In this document: in pieces, positions 20,997 through 28,930 of the stretch
Layout: each line of letters begins with the position of its first letter
Position numbering within the stretch: position 1 is the stretch's first letter
NCBI GenBank assembly: GCA_963703315.1
Contig: OY969811.1
Coordinates: 352,001-416,000 of the forward strand
Source of the DNA: an uncultured cyanobacterium
GTDB lineage: Bacteria; Cyanobacteriota; Cyanobacteriia; Pseudanabaenales; Pseudanabaenaceae
DNA length: 64,000 nucleotides
Direction: 5' to 3'
Translations under genes and position numbers: made by a program
Notes under the pieces: model-generated
Told to the model about the DNA's origin: nothing
The model's input: only the letters and a program-made list of their open reading frames with translations
The model's database searches: none

Positions 20997-21003
20997 AGTG
21001 ATA

Positions 21004-21019
21004 TGTCAAGTAAATGACA
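21004..21019. promoter_or_regulatory. Candidate operator palindrome in the WYL/cmr divergent promoter
   Basis: TGTCA-agtaaa-TGACA 7 nt upstream of the WYL start, in a very AT-rich 180-bp intergenic region. Confidence 0.35.
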
Positions 21020-21179
21020 ATATTTATTAAAAATTATAATTAGCCGTGAATTTATTTTTATTAATATATTTTGAGCCATATATATAAATTGCAAAAATAT
21101 TCTCATAAACTGGCTATAGTGATAAATATCTGATAAATTGCTTTTATAAATGTGTTTGGGAGGTAAAGCGATCGCGGTC

Positions 21180-22751
21180 ATGGATGTACTAACACAAGAA
21201 AAATCCCAAACGAGTGAATCTGAGAGTGGGAAATATACGGTGATTACTTTTGCTCCTGTGCAAGGCTTTATCGAGAAGTCCCGTAAGTTGCGCGATCTCT
21301 ATGGTGCATCGCAAATTCTCTCGTACTTAAGTTGGAAGATCGTTTGTGCGGCTAACAGTAAAAACTGTGAAGTGATTTCACCTGCGATCGCAATCGATAA
21401 TGCCTCTGAGATGGCTAATGTTGATATTGTGCAGGGTATGCCCAATCGAATTTTGATATTGGGTGATTTCTCGCATAACGATGCTCAGAAAGCTTTAACA
21501 GAAGGCTGGAAAGAAATTGTGACGGCTTGCCGTAGTTGGCTGAGAGATAATTTGCAAATTGATGATGAGGGCTGGTTTAACTCTTGGACAAGATGGCAAA
21601 TTCACGCTTGGGAAGTGTTTTGGGGTAGTGGTCAAAGTATTGAGTTTGCAATGCGCGATTTGGAAACTCGGAAGTTGCGGCGGGCTTGGACTGTTCCGAA
21701 TTGGAATGGTGAAAGTTCGAGTTTGTCGGGGCATGATGCGATCGCACATCCAAGTATGGATAATTTAGGAACGAATGAAGTAGAAATCAAAAAGTTTTAC
21801 AAGAGGCTTGCCGAAGTTCTCGATCCTTCTGGTGATGAGAACGATCGCGCTTATATCAATGAAAATGAGCGATTGAGTATTCCTGAATTAATCAAAAGAT
21901 TGGTTACTTATGAGGCGATCGCTAAAAAAATCCATCGCGATCTTTACGCGCCGACTTTTCGAGAAGTGCTTCGCAAAGATGACAAATCTGGTGCGACCTA
22001 TTGGACTGGTTGGTTTATGGGTGACGGCGATAAGGTTGGCGATCACCTCAAGAGGCTTACAGATAATGCTAGCGTCACTCAATTTAGCCAGTCTCTGAGA
22101 GCTTGGGGTAAGCAATTTCAAACAGATTTTGATAAAAAAGGTCGTGTAGTTTATGCGGGAGGAGATGATTTTCTCGGTGTGATGTATGGGGACAAACAGA
22201 CTCCTAAATTAGATAGCCGTGAAGTAATTGAATGGTTGCTGAATTTGCGTCATAGTTGGGAAAAAGGAAACCTTGGGATTACGCTCAGTGTGGGTTTTGT
22301 GTGGGCGGGGCATAGTGTACCGCAGCGTGATGTGTTGCAGCATTGCCGCGAGGCTGAGAAGTTAGCTAAGAATTTAGGGCGCGATCGCGTGACGATTCGG
22401 GTTCTGTTTAACAATGGGCAGTTTGTGCAGTGGACTACGCCTTGGAAATATTTGGAATGGTTAGCAGATTATCGCGATCGCAATGACAATACTGGCAAAG
22501 ATGCGAATTGGAGCCATGTATATACCGATCTGGCACAGCTCAAAGCTCGTCATGCGATTCCACCTGCTACTGCTGAAACAGCTAATGATGTGATCGCGCT
22601 TGAGTTGTTTGGGTTGTATTTCGGCAAAGATAAGCAGGAAACGCTCTCTCAACAACGTGGAAAAATTACAGGATCTGAAGATTCCAAATCAATGATTGAA
22701 TGGATTGACGGCATGATTAAAGTGGGGTGGCAGTTATGTTCAAATTCCTAA
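21180..22751 (+). CDS. cas10: Type III-B Cas10/Cmr2 lacking the HD nuclease domain
   Basis: Starts directly with ITFAPVQGFIEKSRKLRDLYGAS; Palm motifs MGDGDKVG and YAGGDD; only about 523 aa. Confidence 0.93.
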   Translation: MDVLTQEKSQTSESESGKYTVITFAPVQGFIEKSRKLRDLYGASQILSYLSWKIVCAANSKNCEVISPAIAIDNASEMANVDIVQGMPNRILILGDFSHNDAQKALTEGWKEIVTACRSWLRDNLQIDDEGWFNSWTRWQIHAWEVFWGSGQSIEFAMRDLETRKLRRAWTVPNWNGESSSLSGHDAIAHPSMDNLGTNEVEIKKFYKRLAEVLDPSGDENDRAYINENERLSIPELIKRLVTYEAIAKKIHRDLYAPTFREVLRKDDKSGATYWTGWFMGDGDKVGDHLKRLTDNASVTQFSQSLRAWGKQFQTDFDKKGRVVYAGGDDFLGVMYGDKQTPKLDSREVIEWLLNLRHSWEKGNLGITLSVGFVWAGHSVPQRDVLQHCREAEKLAKNLGRDRVTIRVLFNNGQFVQWTTPWKYLEWLADYRDRNDNTGKDANWSHVYTDLAQLKARHAIPPATAETANDVIALELFGLYFGKDKQETLSQQRGKITGSEDSKSMIEWIDGMIKVGWQLCSNS

Positions 22752-23803
22752 TTGTGATACGTCCTTTGGGATTGCTTTATGGCAGCGCTGGCGCATTTCT
22801 GTCTCCTGAAAACTTAGTTGGACGCTCTGGCGCAAAATTTCCACCTGATGCGGGAACGCTTTCGGGATTGATTTTGGCGACAAATCAAGAGCAGAAGTTT
22901 ACCGAGCATCAAGAGCTAAAAACTAATCTGGCTGTAGCTGGTGCTTTTTGGGCAGAGTCAGATCATCCTGAAAACTTTTTTGTGCCAATTCCTCGATCGC
23001 GCATTGTCGGCGAGAAGAATAAGGATTTTGATGAATGGGCGCTAATCAATCACAAATGGGAGCGTCAACATCCCGATCTCGATCCTGAATATCAATGGCA
23101 GAGTATCAACTCTTGGCACAAGCAAACCCCACAGCTAAAGCGTCCTGAAAAAGGCAAGTGGAATGATGTTGGTAAAACTCCTTGGGAATTTATGCCGATT
23201 TTGCATCCCTATCTCAAAGATGATGAGAAACACGTCCGCGATCGCGATGGATTGTTTTTAGAGAATGCTGTGCAGATGCGTGAAGATAGCTGTTTGGTGT
23301 ATCTCTCGACGCATAAATTGCCTGATGGTTGGTATCGCTTTGGTGGAGAAAATCACATTGTGGAAATCACTAGTCAAGCAATTACAGAGCATAGTTCGAT
23401 CTGCAAGTTACTGAAGCAGAAAATTGGGCGGAGTTTTGCGCTGATTACGCCTGCGGTATGGGGAAGCAATAATCTATCAACTCGCTATCCTAACGATGTG
23501 CGCTTTAGCAACAAGCGTCCTGAGATGCTGACCGATCGCCCTGAGCCTTGGCGTTATCGTGTGGGTAAGGGTGAGGCGCAAAACAAACGCGCCAGTAAGT
23601 TGAGCATTGGTCGCTATGCTGTGCCTGCGGGAACTGTCTATGTGGTCAAACATCCCCTCGATCTCACTTGGTGGGACTTCCCGCCTGAGTGGTTTGCGTC
23701 GGGTGAGGGGCTACCGTTGCGGCAGTTTGGTTGTGGGTTGTGCTTACCTGTGGAAATCAAAATCGAGCCTAAAGTTGAGCCTAAAGCTGACCAAAAAAAT
23801 TAA
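22736..23803 (+). CDS. cmr3: Type III-B Cmr3 (Cas5 group)
   Basis: LLYGSAG.FLSPENLVGRSG..FPP, RFGGENH, ALITPAVWG, YAVPAGTVY; position after cmr2. Confidence 0.88.
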   Translation: MFKFLIVIRPLGLLYGSAGAFLSPENLVGRSGAKFPPDAGTLSGLILATNQEQKFTEHQELKTNLAVAGAFWAESDHPENFFVPIPRSRIVGEKNKDFDEWALINHKWERQHPDLDPEYQWQSINSWHKQTPQLKRPEKGKWNDVGKTPWEFMPILHPYLKDDEKHVRDRDGLFLENAVQMREDSCLVYLSTHKLPDGWYRFGGENHIVEITSQAITEHSSICKLLKQKIGRSFALITPAVWGSNNLSTRYPNDVRFSNKRPEMLTDRPEPWRYRVGKGEAQNKRASKLSIGRYAVPAGTVYVVKHPLDLTWWDFPPEWFASGEGLPLRQFGCGLCLPVEIKIEPKVEPKADQKN

Positions 23804-23821
23804 ACAAAAAGGAGAGGATTA

Positions 23822-24652
23822 ATGTACAAAAAAGCCTATGGAATTATTGAAACCCTTGCGCCTTTGCATGTTGGAGCTGCCGCAGGTGAGGAGTCTGGTA
23901 ATCTCAATTTGATTTTTCGCGATCAATTTACGCAGACGGGGATTATCGCAGGGAGTTCGATTCGCGGACGCTTTCGGGCAGATATGCGCGAGACGGAAAA
24001 GGGTTTAGAGAATACATGGTACGGACATGAATCTGTGGAGGGTAGACCTGATGGTGGGACTACGGAAGCGATCGTCAAATTTGAATATGCTTCGCTGGTT
24101 TGGTTGCCTGTATTTTGTCCAGGACAGCCTGTCGTTTGGATTAGTTGCCCAAGATTGCTTAAGCGATACAAACTGATTACTGGTTGCGATGCGCCTATTC
24201 CCAAACCTTACACGGCGGCGAAAACTCTGCGGGGTCGTCAAATTAGCGATCGCGGTACTGCTAAACAAATCCTATTTTTCAACCTTGGATTTATGGAAAT
24301 CGAGCAGCAAATCGAAGCTGAAGCAATGCAGAAATGGATTCCTACTGGTGCAGATCTGGCGGTTGAGAGTTTAGTGGTGGTTGGCGATAACGATATTGCG
24401 ATGTTGCATGACATGGCTTTGTATCGCCAGAGTCGCATCAAGATGATGGACGACATGAAAAAGGTAGATGGAGGAGCATTTTTTAATGTGGAGGCTTTGC
24501 CAGAGGGAAGCGTTTTAATATTTCCGATCGCTTTGAAGCAATCGGGCTGGAAACCTTTTGTTAATGGTGATTCGCAGGATATGTATTTTGGTGGTTTGGA
24601 GTCGGTTGGCTTTGGTCGTTGTAATGTCACACTTGCAGGAGAGTATCAGTAA
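23822..24652 (+). CDS. cmr4: Type III-B Cmr4 (Cas7 group RAMP)
   Basis: LAPLHVGA, GSSIRGRFR, FNVEALPEG, Gly-rich FGGLESVGFG. Confidence 0.93.
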   Translation: MYKKAYGIIETLAPLHVGAAAGEESGNLNLIFRDQFTQTGIIAGSSIRGRFRADMRETEKGLENTWYGHESVEGRPDGGTTEAIVKFEYASLVWLPVFCPGQPVVWISCPRLLKRYKLITGCDAPIPKPYTAAKTLRGRQISDRGTAKQILFFNLGFMEIEQQIEAEAMQKWIPTGADLAVESLVVVGDNDIAMLHDMALYRQSRIKMMDDMKKVDGGAFFNVEALPEGSVLIFPIALKQSGWKPFVNGDSQDMYFGGLESVGFGRCNVTLAGEYQ

Positions 24653-25056
24653 TGGCTTGGAAAACCTATGATTTGGATCGCATTGCTCAGAAGTTAGTTT
24701 TAGATGCGAAAGAACGCGATAAAGATTCTTTGGGACAAGCGTTTAAGATGCGTGTAGCTGTAGCTTATGGCTTGGAGCGCTTCTGGGGTGAGCATTTGCG
24801 CTTGCAAGGTAAGAAAGCAGATGAGCATAAAGCTAAGTATTGGAAAGAGACTTGGGATCAGCTTGTAGCAGTAATGCTAAAAGCTGGGGTAAAAATCCCC
24901 AACGATCCTGTGCAATCAGACAATGAGAAAGCTGTAAGGTCTATGGCAGAGAAACTTTGGGAAATAGACATCCAAGATCAACGGGTGGCGATCGCTGTGC
25001 TAACGCAGCTTTGTGACTGTCTGGTTTGGTGGACTCAGCGCTATAAGAAAAAATAG
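24652..25056 (+). CDS. cmr5: Type III-B small subunit Cmr5 (Cas11)
   Basis: 134-aa helical protein overlapping the cmr4 stop; AYGLERFWGE and LTQLCDCLVWWTQRYK. Confidence 0.75.
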   Translation: MAWKTYDLDRIAQKLVLDAKERDKDSLGQAFKMRVAVAYGLERFWGEHLRLQGKKADEHKAKYWKETWDQLVAVMLKAGVKIPNDPVQSDNEKAVRSMAEKLWEIDIQDQRVAIAVLTQLCDCLVWWTQRYKKK

Positions 25057-25074
25057 TTTTTAGGGACTAAAAAG

Positions 25075-26784
25075 ATGTCAAATATTCCCGATGCTTATAG
25101 AAAAGTGCCGATGATGTTTCAGGCGCAAACGAATGGGCGCTGTCAATTGCAACGTCTCGATCCAGATCGTAAAAAGGATGGCGATTCGCAAGATGCTGAG
25201 ATCTGGTGTGAGGAGTGGACAAGTGAAACTTATCCTGTTGCGCCGATATTTGAGGAGCCAGTCAAAAAGCGAGAATATACGATTAGTTGGCGATTTGTGA
25301 CAAATTCGGGTCAGGATGATGGCGTGATTCGTCCTGTCATTGGTGCGTCTGGCTATCCCTTTTACCCCGGTTCGAGTATGAAGGGAGCTTTTCGTCAGGC
25401 TTGCAATCGGTTATTTAGCGATCGCCTTGGTAAATATTGCGGACAGGAGATTTCTAAGGGAGATTTCTCCCCAGGGATTTTGCGCTTTCATGGTGGTTAT
25501 CCTGTAGATAGCAGTTGGACTGATGGGTTAGTTGATCTCATTCATCCACAGCAAAAGTTACAGGTAATGAATAGTGAAAAAGAAGGAGCCAAAATCCAAA
25601 TTTCACTCTATCAACCCACAATTCAATTTGGGATTTCGGCTTCGGAGGAGCTTGATGAATCTGAGTGGGAGGAGATCTGGCAGATTTGGGAAGCGGCGCT
25701 GGGGCGTGGGATTGGTTGTCGGGTTTCCGCAGGTTATGGTCATCGCGATCAATTAAAGGGTGAGTTGTTGTATCCGCCGCATCTGTTGAAAGGGCAAGGA
25801 ATGGCATCTAAGCGCTTAGATGAATCTGGCGAGTTTCGTCCCAATATTTTTCGGGCGGCGATTCGTGGTCATGCGTTACGGATTTTTGGTGGTTTGACGG
25901 ATGCAGAGACAGCAAAGCGAGAAGTCGAGAGAATTTTTGGCGGTGTTTCAGGGCATGGTGTATGGGGCTTATTGATGATGAACTTTGTGACAACTAGCCT
26001 TGATGAGCAAATGTTTGGCAATGAACCTAGCTATCAAGTAGAAGGAGAACTAGGCTGGTTACTATCACAAGATCTTTCAGAAGAACGTAAAACTGCTTTA
26101 AAAAATCTAATCCTACATCTAAATCAATTTGCCATGATCTTTGGTGGTTTTGGTAAATCATGGCGCAGAGCCGATCATCGGTTATTTTATGAGAAATATT
26201 ATAGGCAGCATAATAAAAAATATCTGATCGGCTGTCATTGGGAATGGGAAGGTGAATTTCGCCGTGATGTTAAGGTTTATAACCTCAGTCATATTTCTGC
26301 TTTTTTAAATCAGTTGCAAAATGTAGCTAAAATCTGGCTAAAACTACAAGGCGTAAAGATTGGAACAAGCTATGCAGATGATTGGCGAGAATCATGGCAC
26401 GTTGACAATGTGCAGGTTTGGGGCAGGCGTGCAGATGATGATTTAGATTCTGAAGCTATTTATTGGTTACATGGAGATTATCAAGATGCAGATAAAAGGA
26501 TGCGTATTCCTGCATTATCTATTAAGCAATCATCTGTTACAGGAGGGCAAATTGGGCAACGACAAATACAGATCGGGCGACTGTGGCATCGAATGTATCC
26601 TTTAAAAAAGCAAGTTCGAGATCCTAATGATTCAACAAAATGGCTTGTAAAAGATACTAATCAATATATTGAACTATTGACAATTTTCCCTGATAAATCT
26701 GACAAATGCTTAGATTTTCTCGATTTCTTGGCTGATGATAGTCCGTTTGAACAGCTATGGGGAAAGCCTTGGGAAATAGAATAG
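25075..26784 (+). CDS. Cmr6-Cmr1 fusion RAMP protein (type III-B variant)
   Basis: Two RAMP modules: PGSSMKGAFR...GIGCRVSAGYG (Cmr6-like) and FRPNIFRAAIRG...FGGFGKSWRR (Cmr1-like). Confidence 0.8.
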   Translation: MSNIPDAYRKVPMMFQAQTNGRCQLQRLDPDRKKDGDSQDAEIWCEEWTSETYPVAPIFEEPVKKREYTISWRFVTNSGQDDGVIRPVIGASGYPFYPGSSMKGAFRQACNRLFSDRLGKYCGQEISKGDFSPGILRFHGGYPVDSSWTDGLVDLIHPQQKLQVMNSEKEGAKIQISLYQPTIQFGISASEELDESEWEEIWQIWEAALGRGIGCRVSAGYGHRDQLKGELLYPPHLLKGQGMASKRLDESGEFRPNIFRAAIRGHALRIFGGLTDAETAKREVERIFGGVSGHGVWGLLMMNFVTTSLDEQMFGNEPSYQVEGELGWLLSQDLSEERKTALKNLILHLNQFAMIFGGFGKSWRRADHRLFYEKYYRQHNKKYLIGCHWEWEGEFRRDVKVYNLSHISAFLNQLQNVAKIWLKLQGVKIGTSYADDWRESWHVDNVQVWGRRADDDLDSEAIYWLHGDYQDADKRMRIPALSIKQSSVTGGQIGQRQIQIGRLWHRMYPLKKQVRDPNDSTKWLVKDTNQYIELLTIFPDKSDKCLDFLDFLADDSPFEQLWGKPWEIE

Positions 26785-26794
26785 TTGATGAAGA

Positions 26795-26826
26795 TGATGG
26801 GTTACGCTGTCGCTAACCCATCCTAC
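26795..26826 (-). repeat. GTAG-type REP palindrome
   Basis: Reverse complement CGTAGGATGGGTTAGCG-aca-GCGTAACCCATC; same family as the inverted pair at 45710-45843. Confidence 0.7.
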
Positions 26827-26862
26827 GGTTGATTCACTATAGAGAAAGAAGACTATAAAACT

Positions 26863-27468
26863 ATGGCTTACAGTGATTTTACGGTTGAACAAATTATAGA
26901 TAAGTTCTCTCTCGATTTTGTTGAGCAGGACTTGTTTGCATCTTCAAAAAGTACGATTCAGGCTAGTAGTTGGTTATTGGAAACCCTTGCGAAGGGTAAG
27001 AAATTTGCGCTCACGACTAGCAGCGAAAAGGCAAAATCTGAGTTTATTATTGCGCCAATTTTGTTGGAAGTAGAGGCGCATTTTTCGACACAGTTGGCTA
27101 TTTATTCGGGCAAAAACCTTGATAGCGATCGCGAGGCGGGACTGGTAGGAGAATGTGATTTTATTCTTGGTAAGGGTACGACTTCAACTTTTATTAGCAC
27201 GCCAATTATGACGATCGTTGAGGCTAAGCGCGATAACTTGGAGAATGGGTTAGGGCAATGTGCTGCTCAAATGTATGGGGCAATTCGCTATAACCAAAAG
27301 CATGGTGAAACCTTGGATAAGGTCTATGGATGTGTGACGACGGGCAATTTATGGCAGTTTTTGAAGTTAGAAAATAAGTTGCTGACTCTTGATAGTAATG
27401 TTTTCTATCTCAATGAGCTTGATCGGATTTTGAGTTGTTTTAGTACGATCATCACTGAGTTTCTGTAG
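26863..27468 (+). CDS. PD-(D/E)xK restriction-endonuclease-like protein inside the cas operon
   Basis: SEKAKSE, GECDF...IVEAK...GQCAAQM, YGCVTTG..WQF. Confidence 0.65.
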   Translation: MAYSDFTVEQIIDKFSLDFVEQDLFASSKSTIQASSWLLETLAKGKKFALTTSSEKAKSEFIIAPILLEVEAHFSTQLAIYSGKNLDSDREAGLVGECDFILGKGTTSTFISTPIMTIVEAKRDNLENGLGQCAAQMYGAIRYNQKHGETLDKVYGCVTTGNLWQFLKLENKLLTLDSNVFYLNELDRILSCFSTIITEFL

Positions 27469-27499
27469 TCTTTTTTGTAAATCTTGGAGCTTAATCAAG

Positions 27500-28894
27500 A
27501 TGTCTGTAGTTTGGATTGTGACGACGGGTAATAGTGATGTCAAGCTGACAGATGATACTGGCTCGACACATTTGCTAGATAAAAAAGGTGAGCAGTTATA
27601 TTACTGTGGATTTTCTGCATCAGACGATAGTGATGATAGTGATGTCACACTGTTTACTTTGCCTGCAAGGGTAATGGGAATTAGCTATGGTGATGCAATT
27701 GGAACACATTGGGATCGTTTGACTTTTCCTTTGTTGGATGGATTTTGTCAGGAATTTAAGACTGAGAAAAGGAATAAGCCCGATCGCATTATTGTTTTGC
27801 TGACCGATCAGGAGGCGATTTTTGATGATTACAGTCGAGGTGATGCTGCTTGTCCTTATTGGCAGGATACATATACGCTTCAGCCAATTTTGAAGCATTA
27901 TTTTTCGCAAGTGTTTGGTGAAAAATTTGCTAATGAAAAGATTGAATTTTCGGTTTTGAAGCCGCAACAGGGGGCGGATGGGTTAGATGATTGGGATGCG
28001 ACATTGACGCTAGTAAAGGCGGAGTTGGCGAGGTGGGAAGAAAATAAGTGGATTTCTAAGAGCGATCGCGTGATTGTTAGTCATCAGGCGGGGACTCCTG
28101 CAATTTCTTCGGCAGTACAGTTAACTTGTTTGATTCGCTTTGGTAAAAAGGTGGAATTTCTGGTTAGCAGTGAGTTAGATCCAGATAGGACTAAGTTTTT
28201 AAAGGGTTCGTCCTATTTTGAGACGTTGCAATTTAAGAAGTTAGAGGATTTGCTAGCAAGGGATGATTATGCTGGGGTTGCTAGTGTTGTGGACAGTCTG
28301 GGTTTAGAAGATTCTGTGCTGAAGGTGAAGTTGGATCATTTACTCGAACTGGCGAAGTTGTGGAATGCAGCTAAGTTTGATGAGTTTGCTAACAGGATGG
28401 AATTGGTGACCTCTAGTCGAGTTAGGGAATGGTGGTGGAAGGGCTATGAGATGGCTTATCTGGCTGTGGTGAGGATGAAAAATGGTGATCCAACTGAGGC
28501 GCTTTTTCATAGTGTGAGAGCGATCGAGGGGTTGATTTGTGAATGGGCGATTCATAAAGAAAGGCGATCGGATTTGTATGGAAAGAGTTTGTATGATTTG
28601 TTCAAATTAAGAAACCCTGAGTCTAATAGTCTGCCGATTAAGGTTGTTTGGTCAAAGTTAGCTTCTGTCAGAAATAAGCTATTCCATACTTTGCGAGGTA
28701 TTTCGGCTGAGGAGGTTTGGGATGCTTGGGATGAAAACTCAAAATCTGACTGGGAAAATAGAATGTTTACTTGTCTTAATTTTGTAACTAGGAATGATAG
28801 ATCTCAAGAGTTTAAATCTCTGAAAGATGCTAGTTTGATGTCACAGGTGCATAAGGATTTGGAGGAAGTGATTAAGGCGATCGCTTCTTATTAG
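27500..28894 (+). CDS. Putative CARF-HEPN (Csm6/Csx1-like) type III effector
   Basis: N-terminal Rossmann-like WIVTTGNSD, LLTDQ and SHQAGTPAIS; C-terminal EALFHSVRAIEG and RNKLFH (RxxxxH); last gene before the array. Confidence 0.7.
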   Translation: MSVVWIVTTGNSDVKLTDDTGSTHLLDKKGEQLYYCGFSASDDSDDSDVTLFTLPARVMGISYGDAIGTHWDRLTFPLLDGFCQEFKTEKRNKPDRIIVLLTDQEAIFDDYSRGDAACPYWQDTYTLQPILKHYFSQVFGEKFANEKIEFSVLKPQQGADGLDDWDATLTLVKAELARWEENKWISKSDRVIVSHQAGTPAISSAVQLTCLIRFGKKVEFLVSSELDPDRTKFLKGSSYFETLQFKKLEDLLARDDYAGVASVVDSLGLEDSVLKVKLDHLLELAKLWNAAKFDEFANRMELVTSSRVREWWWKGYEMAYLAVVRMKNGDPTEALFHSVRAIEGLICEWAIHKERRSDLYGKSLYDLFKLRNPESNSLPIKVVWSKLASVRNKLFHTLRGISAEEVWDAWDENSKSDWENRMFTCLNFVTRNDRSQEFKSLKDASLMSQVHKDLEEVIKAIASY

Positions 28895-28930
28895 CTGATG
28901 AGTTATTGTCAGTTTTGGCTATCAAAATTA

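Noticed and set aside
20997..21179. Mini-array or CreTA-like RNA in the cas promoter
   Set aside because: No repeat-like sequence found there.
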